DNA of 64,000 nucleotides. Origin: an uncultured Planctomycetia bacterium (lineage in GTDB: Bacteria; Omnitrophota; Gorgyraeia; Duberdicusellales; 4484-171). The stretch lies in contig CAZWON010000005.1 in NCBI GenBank assembly GCA_964635565.1, positions 17,736 through 81,735 of the forward strand, in the 5' to 3' direction. Numbering within the stretch: position 1 is the first letter of the stretch; the number at the start of each line of letters is the position of its first letter. Below, one piece after another: positions 19,967 to 30,060 of the stretch. Position numbers and translations under genes: made by a program. The notes beneath the pieces are model-generated. The model was not told the origin of the DNA, did no database searches, and saw only the letters and a list, made by a program, of their open reading frames with translations.

Positions 19967-20566
19967 CTAACAAATACCTAACTTAGCTAAGGCTTTTATT
20001 CTCTTATTTGTCTCCCTGTGCATATAACTACTTTTACCTTTTATTACTTTAATCGCTTTTGTAAAATACTCATAGGCACGCGTTAAATTACCCATCCTAA
20101 AATAAGTTTCTCCTAAACTGAATATTGTCTCTGGTCTGTTTTTATCTATCTCTAAAACCTTCTTAAAAAGCAATAATGCTTGCGAATATCTTCCTAAAAC
20201 ATAAAGGAGCCATCCTTTATTATGATAAAGAGTAAGACAGTTAGGGTCTTTTCTTAAACCCTCGTTAAAACAGTTTAGCGCTTCTTTATAATGCCCCATA
20301 TCTGCTAACAAAAGAGCCTTATCGTTATAGGTACAACCGTCATTTTCTCTCAAAGAAAGCGCTCTGTTGCATAATTCTATTGCCTTACTTAACTCTTTCT
20401 TAAGAATATATTTCTGGGCAGTAAAATAATATACGAAAAAATAATTGTTATTCTTTTTAGCCTCTTTAAGACATTTTCTTATAATAAATTGGGCTTTTTT
20501 GAAATGAAAAAAGGTAATTTCTCGGTCCAACCTCTTTCTTTCTCTTTCAAAATCTACTTTTGACAA
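19967..20566 (-). CDS. Tetratricopeptide repeat protein
   Basis: About four TPR units (YNDKA..G.YKEAL..F, YHNKG..LG.YSQAL, FSLG..Y..G...A). Confidence 0.85.
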   Translation of the reverse strand: MSKVDFERERKRLDREITFFHFKKAQFIIRKCLKEAKKNNNYFFVYYFTAQKYILKKELSKAIELCNRALSLRENDGCTYNDKALLLADMGHYKEALNCFNEGLRKDPNCLTLYHNKGWLLYVLGRYSQALLLFKKVLEIDKNRPETIFSLGETYFRMGNLTRAYEYFTKAIKVIKGKSSYMHRETNKRIKALAKLGIC

Positions 20567-21372
20567 ACTATCCCTCCATCTTCGTAAGAAACTACTATTA
20601 TCTTGAATCCTACATCTTTAAGTTTCTCTCTAATTTCCTGAGGAAAATCTCGTCCTCTTTTTATTCCGTAAAAAGGTAAATAATGAAATAACCTACCTTT
20701 TCTTTTTAAGACACGTTTAAGTTGATTATAAAATCCCTCAGAATATAAAAGGGGTGCTAATTTAAAAGTAGGAGGATCATGGATAATACAATCGAAAAAA
20801 TCATCTTTAAATCGTGTTACCAATTTATAAATATCACCTATTTTTATAACAATATTGTCTCTCTCAAACAGCTTTTTTGATAAAGGATTGATTTTTGCAA
20901 TAAAATAAATATTTCTATCTATCTCAAATGTATAAACTCTCTTCGCTGTATATGAAGATAGAATAGCTGTATATCCTAATCCCATACATGTATCAAGTAC
21001 CACACCATAAGGTTTTATCAATCTAATCTTTCTTTCTGTATCCTCTTTTGGTGAAACTATTTTTAATCGGTGCATAGAAACTGAACCAACAGTTACGCTA
21101 GGCCAATCTTTTGAGGGTAAAAGTTTATAAAATTTATTGGTGTCATCAGAAAAGAACGCTACTGGGAGGAGACCTTTTCTCTTCCTAAGAAGATAACAAA
21201 AATTATCTTTCAATTTAGTGTTAAAATCTATAAAATAACCTCCTTTTACCATTATTCCCTTCTTTTCTATCTTAACAGGCAGGAATTTCTGGCCAAAATC
21301 GACTCGTAGGAAAGCCTCTTTTTGACTTCTATCTTTAAACAAATATTCGAGGTCTTTTTTTGTAATAATCAT
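20554..21372 (-). CDS. Class I SAM-dependent methyltransferase, COG2521-like (start moved to ATG 21372)
   Basis: VLDTCMGLGYTAI, IAKINP.S, FDCIIHDPP, LYSEGFY..L.RVL...G.LFHY; TTGTCA-17-TATAAT-7-ATG. Confidence 0.8.
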   Translation of the reverse strand: MIITKKDLEYLFKDRSQKEAFLRVDFGQKFLPVKIEKKGIMVKGGYFIDFNTKLKDNFCYLLRKRKGLLPVAFFSDDTNKFYKLLPSKDWPSVTVGSVSMHRLKIVSPKEDTERKIRLIKPYGVVLDTCMGLGYTAILSSYTAKRVYTFEIDRNIYFIAKINPLSKKLFERDNIVIKIGDIYKLVTRFKDDFFDCIIHDPPTFKLAPLLYSEGFYNQLKRVLKRKGRLFHYLPFYGIKRGRDFPQEIREKLKDVGFKIIVVSYEDGGIVCQK

Positions 21373-21401
21373 ATATACTATTATAAAAGTATTAAATTTT
21401 C

Positions 21402-21431
21402 TTGACAAATATTTATATTGGATTATAAAAT
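21402..21431 (+). promoter_or_regulatory. Sigma70-like promoter of the HU gene, overlapping the divergent methyltransferase promoter
   Basis: TTGACA followed by TATAAA (16-nt spacer) or TAAAAT (18-nt spacer). Confidence 0.55.
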
Positions 21432-21486
21432 AATTCCATATGGTCTTAAGAAATTGCGGTTTTAACTAACAAAAGGAGGTGTTTCA

Positions 21487-21756
21487 ATGAATAAAGCTCA
21501 ATTAATTGAAGCAGTAGCACAAAAAACTTGCACTAAGAAAGAGGCTCAAGTAGCGGTTGAAACAATGCTTGAGGCAATAAGAGGTTCTCTTAAGAAAAAA
21601 GAGGCTGTCACAATTTCTGGCTTTGGAACATTCCGTGTTAAAGAGACAAAAGCAAGAACAGGAAGAAATCCTAAAACAGGGGAAACAATTCAGATTCCCG
21701 CAAAGAAAAAAATTGCTTTTAGAGCTTCCAAAGAATTAAAGTCTCTTGTAAAATAA
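21487..21756 (+). CDS. hup: DNA-binding protein HU
   Basis: MNKAQLI, ISGFGTF, ARTGRNPKTGETIQIPA, FRASKELK; SD AGGAGGT. Confidence 0.97.
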   Translation: MNKAQLIEAVAQKTCTKKEAQVAVETMLEAIRGSLKKKEAVTISGFGTFRVKETKARTGRNPKTGETIQIPAKKKIAFRASKELKSLVK

Positions 21757-21813
21757 GTATTACAAGTTATATTCTTAACGACCCTTTAAGAATAAAGTCG
21801 GAAGAGAGGATTT

Positions 21814-22758
21814 TTACGCTTTTTTAAAACAGGCAATAAAAAATCCTTCCATAGATGAATTTGGAATAATACGGCGGGTTAATTTTAAGCTATGAGAAAA
21901 TTTTTTATTGCCCCATTTTATTAATCCTTCTTTAATATTTTTCAAAGGAATTTCTATGGGTAAAAGGTAAAGAGCATCTTTAAATTTATTAAGTGCCCAA
22001 TCAACGACTTCTTCATTCTCTTCCGGAGAAAAAGTACACGTGGAGTAAACTAAAATCCCTCCGGGTTTAAGAGTATGGTAGGCAGAAGAAAAAAGCCTTT
22101 TTTGTTTATGGGCCATCTCTTTTATCTTTCTGTATTTCCAGTACTTGAAACTACGCGGGTTTTTAATATAAAACCGCCCTTCACTAGAACAAGGGACATC
22201 CAGTAAAATCTTATCAAAATATTCAACAAATTTCTTCCTTATCAATACTCCATCTAAGAGAAGAGTCCGTACAAAATTTGCTCCTTGTATTTTAAGGTTA
22301 GTTAAAAGCTTATAGTAACGTGTGCGTATTTTCTCTACAGCAATGACTTCTGTATTTCTATCTACCAAGGAAGCAATCTGGGTAGTCTTTGCTCCCGGGG
22401 CAGCACACAAATCTAAAATTTTATCCTCTCGCGATACAGAAAGAACTAAAGGAGGTATCATGCTGGAAATATTCTGAACATAAACCGTCCCTCCTTTATA
22501 TATAGAAGTATTTTGAAAACGGCGCATACTGCTTTTAAGAATGAAGGCTCCAGGAGGCCAATTAAGCTCAAAGGCCTTTATATTTTCTACTTTTAAAAGT
22601 TGGCGTAAAGATTTTAAATCGGTTTTTAAGTAATTTATCCGGAAACACTGCTTTTTTTTATGGAGGAAACTCTGGCATATTTCTGTATACAAAAAGGGAT
22701 AAATCTGTTTAAGGCGATTAAGAAATTCGTGGGGTAACTTATATATTTCTTTATCCAT
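21814..22758 (-). CDS. RsmB/RsmF/NOP2-family RNA m5C methyltransferase
   Basis: Q..SSMIP, ILDLCAAPGAKTTQ, ILLDVPCS, LVYSTCTFSPEENE, EGFFIA. Confidence 0.93.
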   Translation of the reverse strand: MDKEIYKLPHEFLNRLKQIYPFLYTEICQSFLHKKKQCFRINYLKTDLKSLRQLLKVENIKAFELNWPPGAFILKSSMRRFQNTSIYKGGTVYVQNISSMIPPLVLSVSREDKILDLCAAPGAKTTQIASLVDRNTEVIAVEKIRTRYYKLLTNLKIQGANFVRTLLLDGVLIRKKFVEYFDKILLDVPCSSEGRFYIKNPRSFKYWKYRKIKEMAHKQKRLFSSAYHTLKPGGILVYSTCTFSPEENEEVVDWALNKFKDALYLLPIEIPLKNIKEGLIKWGNKKFSHSLKLTRRIIPNSSMEGFFIACFKKA

Positions 22759-23305
22759 TGTCCATCTCTATCAAAGAGGAAGATTTAAAGAAATTCCTTC
22801 CTCCCAGATGAAAAATAAACTCTACTTTTTTTGTATCCCATACATTATTATAAAAATATTTTTCCTCGGCTTCCGCATAAACTATCTTTCCGATAAAAAT
22901 AAAATGGTCGCCTGATTCTTTAATATCCACAAGCGCACATTCCAAAGAAGCTACACATTCACTAATAGAAACTGCTTTTTTAAGACCACAAGAAAGACTA
23001 GGGGTAAAGTCTGTTTCTTTAAACTTATCTACTTCTTTTCCTTTAAGCCGACCACAGAGTATCACTTTATCAATCTGCTCCCATACAGGAATATTAACTA
23101 CAAACTCTTTACTATGCTTAATAAGAAAAGAAGAAAAATGCCCTTTTGCTAAAGCTACAGCAATTAAAGGGGGTTCTTTGGACACAGGCATATGCCAGGC
23201 GCAGGTTGTTATATTGTTTCTGTCCTTATAAGTGGAACTTATCAAGACTACCATCCCACAATTAACCAGACGGCTGGCAACAGAATTATCTACCTGTTTT
23301 CTCAT
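22751..23305 (-). CDS. Flavin reductase-like (DIM6/NTAB) protein
   Basis: AWHMPVSKEPP, EFVVNIP, G...DKF, LEC, GDHFIFIGKIV. Confidence 0.88.
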   Translation of the reverse strand: MRKQVDNSVASRLVNCGMVVLISSTYKDRNNITTCAWHMPVSKEPPLIAVALAKGHFSSFLIKHSKEFVVNIPVWEQIDKVILCGRLKGKEVDKFKETDFTPSLSCGLKKAVSISECVASLECALVDIKESGDHFIFIGKIVYAEAEEKYFYNNVWDTKKVEFIFHLGGRNFFKSSSLIEMDNG

Positions 23306-23454
23306 AATTTCCTCCTCGTATAATTTTTTATTCCATAAAATAAATTATATCAATTAAAAAGTTAACAACTCTTTATATCGGCTTAATTGTTAAAACTCGC
23401 TTTCAAAAAATTATCATTTGCCTATCTTTTCCAACAACAGACTATCATCAAATA

Positions 23455-24342
23455 TCATCTAACTATTAAACCCGTCTTACGCGCATAATCTAAAACCTCC
23501 TCATACTCCTCGCTTGTTATCCTCCTGCCAAGCTCTTGGATTTCTCTTGCACGATAACAGGGACGGTATTGATCCATTATATTAACAAAAGTTAAAGGTG
23601 AAAGTTCTTTTATAAAATCAAGCACACAAAAAGAACCAGCAAGGCGATTAGGTAAAACAAGGTGACGGACAAGCAACCCCCTTTGGGCAACGCCATCCTC
23701 TACTTTAAGGTCTCCTACTTGCTGATGCATTTGAACCACTGCTTCCTTTACTATCTCCCAGTAATTACCAGCTTCTGATAACTCTTTGCCTACTTTGTTA
23801 GAAGAATATTTTATATCGGGCATATAGATATCGAAAATTCCATCTAAAAGCTTTAAAATATCTCCCCTATCATATCCTCCGGTGTTATAAACCAAAGGTA
23901 AACGTAAACCTTTTTCTATGGCAATACATAAAGCCTCAACAATCTGAGCAATCACATGCGTAGGGGTTACAAAATTTATATTCTCTGCCCCTTCATGCTG
24001 AAGGTATAACATCAGAGAGGAAAGCTCTTCTGCGGAAACTACTCTACCCTCTCCTAAATGAGAAATAGTATAATTCTGACAGTATATGCATTTTAAGTTG
24101 CAATAGGAAAAAAATATTGTTCCTGAGCCACCCCTTCCTACAAGTTCTCTCTCCTCTCCAAAATGCAAGAAGGCACTACTTACAACTGCAAAACGGCCGG
24201 TCTCACAAAATCCTTTCTCCTCTTTGAGGCGATTTACCCGACAACAACGAGGGCATAAATCACATTCTTTAAGACGCTCCAATAAATAATCTTTCACTCT
24301 CTCTAATTTTTCTTGAGGGAGAATAAGATAAGCGGCTTTCAT
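23455..24342 (-). CDS. PflX-like radical SAM protein
   Basis: CDLCPRCC.VNR, HFGEE..L.G..GSGTIFFSYCNLKCIYCQN, NINFVTP, DIYMPDIKY, RHLVLP, MDQYRP. Confidence 0.9.
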   Translation of the reverse strand: MKAAYLILPQEKLERVKDYLLERLKECDLCPRCCRVNRLKEEKGFCETGRFAVVSSAFLHFGEERELVGRGGSGTIFFSYCNLKCIYCQNYTISHLGEGRVVSAEELSSLMLYLQHEGAENINFVTPTHVIAQIVEALCIAIEKGLRLPLVYNTGGYDRGDILKLLDGIFDIYMPDIKYSSNKVGKELSEAGNYWEIVKEAVVQMHQQVGDLKVEDGVAQRGLLVRHLVLPNRLAGSFCVLDFIKELSPLTFVNIMDQYRPCYRAREIQELGRRITSEEYEEVLDYARKTGLIVR

Positions 24343-25013
24343 GATAATTTTTTCTTTATTTTAAAGGCAACTATTAAAGTAATAATTAAATATATCAAAC
24401 TAAGATAATACAGCTGGGGATGCTCTATAAAATACCGAGCTATTTTCTGAAAAGAAAAACCTCTTATACTCGCTAAAATTGCTTGAATCCAAAAAATTCT
24501 GGGCAAAGAAGCAAAAATCACTACTAAAAGATATTTTGCTAAGGATACCTTACTTAACCCAAAACTTAAATCTAATATACGATAAGGGATAAGAGGGATA
24601 AAACGAAGAAGATATATCCACCCTAAATTAATATTCTCTAATTTCTCATAAAATCTTTTAAATTTCCCTTTTAGCCTCTGTTCTACAAATTCCCTCCCTA
24701 ATATATTACTAAGATTAAAGAAGATGACAGCATTTATTATTTCTGCAATATAGATAAGAAATGTACTTAAATAAGCACCAAAAATAATAGCACTTATTAT
24801 CTTTAGAGGATCCTTTAAGTACCAAATAAAAAATGTCCCTACTACATAAAAGAAAACAAATATTATAGAAGCATATAGACGAGAGGTCTTTGTCAGCACG
24901 GAGATTATTTTTCCTTCATCAATATAAAAAACCTTACCCAAAACAAACAATACTATTAGAAGCAAAATAAAAAAGATAAACCTTATAGCTGTGCTATTTT
25001 GTCTCAGTTTCAT
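24339..25013 (-). CDS. TVP38/TMEM64 (VTT/DedA-like) membrane protein
   Basis: Multi-TM; LLRFIPLIPY motif. Confidence 0.8.
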   Translation of the reverse strand: MKLRQNSTAIRFIFFILLLIVLFVLGKVFYIDEGKIISVLTKTSRLYASIIFVFFYVVGTFFIWYLKDPLKIISAIIFGAYLSTFLIYIAEIINAVIFFNLSNILGREFVEQRLKGKFKRFYEKLENINLGWIYLLRFIPLIPYRILDLSFGLSKVSLAKYLLVVIFASLPRIFWIQAILASIRGFSFQKIARYFIEHPQLYYLSLIYLIITLIVAFKIKKKLS

Positions 25014-26046
25014 TAATATTTACCCATCTCAGTTGTCCGCATGCAGCCTCTATATCCTGGCCTCGGGATTTCCTAAAAGTAAAAAATATCCTCTTTTTTT
25101 TAAGAGCTTCCCTAAATTTATTTATATCATAAATAGAAGGGGAGTGCCATTTAAAATAAGGAGAGAAGTTATAGGGAATGATATTCACCTTACAATTTAT
25201 CCCTCTAATAAGATGGGCCAACTTAAAAGCATCTTCTTTAGAACAGTTAAAATCTTTAATGAGAATGTACTCAAAAGTTACAGGGAAATTGGTTCTTTTC
25301 GCATATTCCTTTGATACCTTTATAACTTCACTCAGAGGATACTTTTTATTAACAGGCATAATTAAAGATCTCTTTTCTTCACAAGAAGCATGCAAAGATA
25401 TTGAAAGTCTTACTCTTAAATTCAAAGAAATCAACTCTCTTATGCGCGGGGGAATACCACAGGTAGAGATACAAATTCTTTTTTTCCCAAAATACACACC
25501 GTAGGGAGAAAGTAAAATTTCTATACTCTTTACTAAATTATCAAAATTGTCTAAAGGCTCTCCTATCCCCATAAACACAATGTTGGTAATTATGCGTGGC
25601 TTAATAATATCGTTTATAGTTAAAAACTGATTGACTATCTCAGAAACTTTCAAATTTCTCTTAAAACCTCCTATACCACTCACGCAGAAACGACAACCAA
25701 ATCTACATCCTGCTTGAGTAGAAATGCACAAAGTAAGACGTTTGCCTTCAGGGATAACAACGCTTTCTATAGCATTTTTATCATCGAGAGAAAATAAAAA
25801 TTTCTCTGTTCCATCTTTTGAAATAAATCTTTTTAATATCTTTGGCTTAGAGAAATAAAAGAAATCCTTTAAAAAGATTCTTGCTTCTTTAGATATATCA
25901 GTCATAAGAGTGAAATCTTCAACTCTCTTTTTATATACCCAGCAAAAAATTTGCTTAGAATAAAACTCAGGATAACCTTTTTCTTTTAAAAATTGCCCTA
26001 TCTCCTCCAGCGTATAATCTTTTATATCCATCTGTAACCTCTTCAA
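24994..26046 (-). CDS. rlmN: 23S rRNA/tRNA m2A radical SAM methyltransferase (true start probably at MDIKD)
   Basis: CISTQAGCRFGCRFC, NIVFMGIGEPLDN, ISLHA, FEYILI, DIEAACGQL. Confidence 0.96.
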   Translation of the reverse strand: MKRLQMDIKDYTLEEIGQFLKEKGYPEFYSKQIFCWVYKKRVEDFTLMTDISKEARIFLKDFFYFSKPKILKRFISKDGTEKFLFSLDDKNAIESVVIPEGKRLTLCISTQAGCRFGCRFCVSGIGGFKRNLKVSEIVNQFLTINDIIKPRIITNIVFMGIGEPLDNFDNLVKSIEILLSPYGVYFGKKRICISTCGIPPRIRELISLNLRVRLSISLHASCEEKRSLIMPVNKKYPLSEVIKVSKEYAKRTNFPVTFEYILIKDFNCSKEDAFKLAHLIRGINCKVNIIPYNFSPYFKWHSPSIYDINKFREALKKKRIFFTFRKSRGQDIEAACGQLRWVNINETETK

Positions 26047-26413
26047 TCCAGAAGTCTACTGTTATATAAACGATATATTTTAAATTCTAGCTTTCAACTG
26101 TTCTGTTAATACCTTCTTATCTTGAGACAAAGCTAATCTCCTTTTACTCTACTCAAATTTTTATCATTTAAATGAACGAGTAAATAAAAATCTTCAGCAT
26201 TAATAGGGAAACATAAATGTCAATATTAAATTTTTTAGAAACTTCTTTTAGATTATGTAAAAAAGATAATCAGCTTCTTCCAATTAAAAAATCTTGCTGT
26301 TTTTTTCTTTTTTATTAACTCCAAAATATCCATAATGAAAATAAATTATACTCTTTTCCCTTTTCTATGCAATATTTTAGTCCTTGATTAAAATTTTGTA
26401 GTCGGCGGGGTAA

Positions 26414-27568
26414 TTAAATGAGGTAATTAAGAGAAAGAAATATTAGCCAGTAGGACGATGTTATTTTATCATCGACATCTGTAGACAAACCCATATAAGG
26501 GCCGGCGTAAAAATACTGATGTTGAGTACCTTCTGTATCTATCTTCGCATATTCAAAACCAAAACGGCAATGCCAGTGAGAAATAATATTCCATATTCCA
26601 TTAACGTTAAAGAAATAGGCATCTCCCTTGCCTTCTGCTTCTGATAGTTTATATCTTAAAATATGATCGTCTCTATCGTTGCTTCTTACCCAAGGAGAAT
26701 ACCCAAACTGGAAATTTAAAAGAAAATTATCTTTTAAATAAATATCACTGTTAATACCAAAGTAAAAGAATCTATACCGTACAGAATATAACAATGTTGG
26801 TCCAGGGACATAAATCGTGTAAGTAGGATGATAAGGACCATAACCTTTTTGATCGGTATCATAAATATCATATCTATACTTATAATATTTGTAACCCGCT
26901 ATCCATCCAATAGTGACGTGCTTATAAAAAAGAACATTATAAATATAGTTTAAATCAAGAATACTCAGATCTATACCTGAACTGGACTCAGAATAAATAT
27001 CTTTTCCTGGATGACCATCTCCATCTATCCAGTCTGAATCTTTGAGTTTTCCTGAATGGGCAATATCTTTAAACCAGCTTATGGTAAAACGCGCTCTATA
27101 TCTATCTCTTTCAGAACTAATAACTTGTGAATTATTTCTATAATATAAAAAACAATTTACTCCTAAAAGGTGGGTATCTAAAGGAAATTCTAATTCGCTG
27201 GCTCCTCCGGAAAAAGTTATAAGATAAGTAGAGTGCCCTTTAATATATCCTCTTTGGAAACCAAATGCTATATGCGCCTGTTGACCGAACAATTCCAAGA
27301 AAATATTTTCATCTTTTTTTTGTAAGCCTGAAGGCAGAAGACGATAATTATTTTTGTCAGAAAAAAATCTCTTTTCATAAAGACGTTCTTCTTTTTTATT
27401 GTGCTGTTGAATTTTTAAAAGCGCCTCTCTTTTAAGTTTAATAATCTTTTCTATCCTGTCTAATTCTTTAGAAACATTGTGTCTTTTTGCGCTAGAACCA
27501 CTATAAGAAAATGATTTGGGAGGAAAGAAAAATATTAATGAGACTAAAATTAACAAAAGAACTTTCAC
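26414..27568 (-). CDS. Omptin-family outer-membrane protease with an N-terminal extension (start moved to GTG 27568)
   Basis: SELEFPL, KDSDW (D-x-D pair), DRDDHILR (D-x-H pair), alternating aromatic beta strands; signal peptide MKVLLLILVSLIFF. Confidence 0.75.
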   Translation of the reverse strand: MKVLLLILVSLIFFFPPKSFSYSGSSAKRHNVSKELDRIEKIIKLKREALLKIQQHNKKEERLYEKRFFSDKNNYRLLPSGLQKKDENIFLELFGQQAHIAFGFQRGYIKGHSTYLITFSGGASELEFPLDTHLLGVNCFLYYRNNSQVISSERDRYRARFTISWFKDIAHSGKLKDSDWIDGDGHPGKDIYSESSSGIDLSILDLNYIYNVLFYKHVTIGWIAGYKYYKYRYDIYDTDQKGYGPYHPTYTIYVPGPTLLYSVRYRFFYFGINSDIYLKDNFLLNFQFGYSPWVRSNDRDDHILRYKLSEAEGKGDAYFFNVNGIWNIISHWHCRFGFEYAKIDTEGTQHQYFYAGPYMGLSTDVDDKITSSYWLIFLSLNYLI

Positions 27569-27575
27569 ATTTTTC

Positions 27576-27604
27576 AGTATATATTTGTAAGAATTAGTTG
27601 TCAA
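27576..27604 (-). promoter_or_regulatory. Sigma70-like promoter of the omptin gene
   Basis: TTGACA-17-TATACT; in-frame GTG 7 nt downstream. Confidence 0.6.
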
Positions 27605-27644
27605 GGAAAACCATTACTACCTCCGTTTTTCTTTTATAAAGAAT

Positions 27645-29057
27645 TTAAAAAGTAAATTTAACTGAACAATATAAGTGGTCATTATTTCTAAACTGGCCAT
27701 TAGAACCATAAACAGGCCCCCAGAAATGATGGTAACCAACAGTTAACCACAGATTATCTCTTAATTCATAGGTAGTTTTAAAAGAAACTCTTCCATCGTT
27801 GTCATCGTTATAAATTATCAAAACCTGTGGTTTAAGGCGTTCGTGCATAAAATCAGTAGCGATTTTTAAAGTCACATAATTTTCTATTTTTTCTAAAAGA
27901 CCATAGGTATATGAATTTAAAACCTGATAATTGCCTATCTTCTTGTTATCATGAATATACTGAGCAAACTGTAAAGAAAATACCCACTTGGTAAAAAATG
28001 TTCTGTCAAATCCTAAAACATATGTGTATTTATCTGTACGCTCTGTAAGTTTTCTTGAGCCTTGGGTTCCATAATATGTGGGCTCATTGTGAAAATAGGC
28101 AAATTCTCCTCTTATAGTCCATCCTTCAAAAATACCAGGATTAATAAAAGATTTATTAAAAGAAAAACCAATTAAATGCATAAGTTTATGTCTACGTGAT
28201 ACTTGGTAGTGACCAAAAGAACCAAGAATAGGCGTAAAAGAGTCTGTATAGGTATAAGCACTTGTTGAATACCCATAAAGCCAGTTCAAAGTGTATTCAA
28301 TACCATCTCCCACCATAGAGCGCCAGCGTAAACCTACACGTGAATTCTTAAATTGCTTTGGGGGCCTATATATTGCCTCCTGTGCTGTACCTCCAAAAGA
28401 AGCATTAATTCCCTTAAATGTATCCCAACTATTATTTGCTTTAAAGGCAAAAGGAGCATTTGCAGGAGCAGACCTAGAGGCTTCAAAATCAGGGATAAGT
28501 AAAAATTGCAAAGTCGAATTAATCTGAGGCGAATACTCTACTTTTACCATCCATAAAGGAATTCTTATATCAGCAAAATCATATAACCAGTAATAACTCA
28601 AATCAAAAGGCATCACCCTATCTAAAAAAGGAAGACCATCCGCTTGACCCCATACCACCTGTTGTTTACCAATTCTAATATCTAACTGGTCAGAGATATA
28701 ATCTAGATAACAATCTCTTAACCATTCTGTGCGCTGAGTATTGCCTATCTTTGCCTGATTTTTATCAAACACAGGATCATTACGAATATCATAAGCTGGA
28801 TCATAGAAATAACGACCATGCATAAAGAATGTCCAGTTATCACTTATCTTATATTCTCCTTCCACGTCAAAAGTGTTTTTAAAAGATGAGAGGAACTGAT
28901 GCGAATTGTCATTGTTGGTTTTAACCCAAACTTCTGTTTTTAAGTACCCCGCCATTTCAATGTTGTCGCCTACCTGAATAGCAAATGCGGAAGAAAAAAC
29001 CCCCGTAATAAAACTTGCTATACATAATATAAATAATCTTTTCCTTAACCTTCTCAT
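27645..29057 (-). CDS. DUF1302-like outer-membrane beta-barrel
   Basis: Signal peptide, LRDCYLD..DIRIGKQQVVWGQADG, RIPLWM, GQFRNND, C-terminal KFTF; next to DUF1329-like and MMPL genes. Confidence 0.8.
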   Translation of the reverse strand: MRRLRKRLFILCIASFITGVFSSAFAIQVGDNIEMAGYLKTEVWVKTNNDNSHQFLSSFKNTFDVEGEYKISDNWTFFMHGRYFYDPAYDIRNDPVFDKNQAKIGNTQRTEWLRDCYLDYISDQLDIRIGKQQVVWGQADGLPFLDRVMPFDLSYYWLYDFADIRIPLWMVKVEYSPQINSTLQFLLIPDFEASRSAPANAPFAFKANNSWDTFKGINASFGGTAQEAIYRPPKQFKNSRVGLRWRSMVGDGIEYTLNWLYGYSTSAYTYTDSFTPILGSFGHYQVSRRHKLMHLIGFSFNKSFINPGIFEGWTIRGEFAYFHNEPTYYGTQGSRKLTERTDKYTYVLGFDRTFFTKWVFSLQFAQYIHDNKKIGNYQVLNSYTYGLLEKIENYVTLKIATDFMHERLKPQVLIIYNDDNDGRVSFKTTYELRDNLWLTVGYHHFWGPVYGSNGQFRNNDHLYCSVKFTF

Positions 29058-29083
29058 TGTTTTACACCTCCTTTGTTTTTAGC

Positions 29084-29120
29084 CCACAGTCCATAGCCAA
29101 CAGACCATTGACCATCGACT
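29084..29120. repeat. Degenerate 7-mer tandem array (CCATAGA-like)
   Basis: ccacagt ccatagc caacaga ccattga ccatcga ct. Confidence 0.7.
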
Positions 29121-29124
29121 AAAT

Positions 29125-30003
29125 TCACCATCTTGAACGCATAAGCGCCTTAACAGTAAAATTATATTCACTTAAACCTTGATCATATTTTGTATCTTTC
29201 ATCAAAATAGTGGTACGGTGTCCTGTCCTTAAATCTTTACATTCTAAAGAAACTTGTGTTTGATATTTCTTAGTTTCCAAATCTGTCCATATCCACTCTC
29301 TAAAAATAGTTTTAAATAGCTTGTCTTTCTTATCATAGTACTCTTCAAATATGCTTCCTCCTGTGTCTTTATCAACCCAGACAATTCGTTTAGAATAATA
29401 CCAGTGAGGTTTATTGGGAATACATTCAATAACAAAACATGGAATATTTTTAAATTTTACCTCTCCTGTCTGCTCAAATTTATAGCCGATGAAATTCTTT
29501 TCCCCAATCAGCTTATAAGTTTCATCTTCAAACCTGCGTGTGGATACTTCTTCAACTGTAAAATCACTTCCCATAAAAGCATCGTCATCCTGAGAGGCAG
29601 AGATTTTTCTTACCTTCTTTAAAGAAGGGATCCATAACCATACATTTTGATCTCTGTTAGGGTCTTCATAGGTCCATGTTAAAACTGCTAATCCCTTAAT
29701 TTCTGTAGGATAAGTCATTATCACAATATCCTTATAAGAAATTCCCTCTTTGCCACCTTTACTAATTCTCATCCTCTTCCATACTCTCCTACGTATAAAT
29801 CCCGAACGGTCCACATACAACACTTCCCCGGTTTGCTGATAATCATGGGCATAGAGAGAATATTTGTTATGGTAACTAATACGCATAATTTCCTCAGCAC
29901 TCATTCCTTCTTGGGGAGTATAAACTTTGTAGTATTCTAATGCCTGTCCATATATCCCTAAAGAAAAGAGTATTGAGCCTAAAAATAGCAACGCCCTCCT
30001 CAT
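29125..30003 (-). CDS. Outer-membrane lipoprotein-sorting (DUF1329/LolA-like) periplasmic protein
   Basis: P.EIKG...L, WLWIPSLKKVRKI, FMGSDFT.E, YSKRIVWVDK, EYYDKK.KLFK. Confidence 0.85.
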   Translation of the reverse strand: MRRALLFLGSILFSLGIYGQALEYYKVYTPQEGMSAEEIMRISYHNKYSLYAHDYQQTGEVLYVDRSGFIRRRVWKRMRISKGGKEGISYKDIVIMTYPTEIKGLAVLTWTYEDPNRDQNVWLWIPSLKKVRKISASQDDDAFMGSDFTVEEVSTRRFEDETYKLIGEKNFIGYKFEQTGEVKFKNIPCFVIECIPNKPHWYYSKRIVWVDKDTGGSIFEEYYDKKDKLFKTIFREWIWTDLETKKYQTQVSLECKDLRTGHRTTILMKDTKYDQGLSEYNFTVKALMRSRW

Positions 30004-30060
30004 AATAACACCTCCTTTTTAGTTGAGGTTCGCCTCAATAAGGGATTAAATATAAATAAA

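Noticed and set aside
26253-26333. MDILELIKKKKTARFF..., resembling a nitroreductase N-terminus behind a TTGCAT-16-TATAAT promoter
   Set aside because: Only 26 codons and no further recognisable homology; too weak to call a pseudogene.
30023-30038. Small hairpin TTGAGG-TTCG-CCTCAA between the MMPL and DUF1329-like genes as a terminator
   Set aside because: 6-bp stem with no U-tract on the coding strand; at most an mRNA-stability element.
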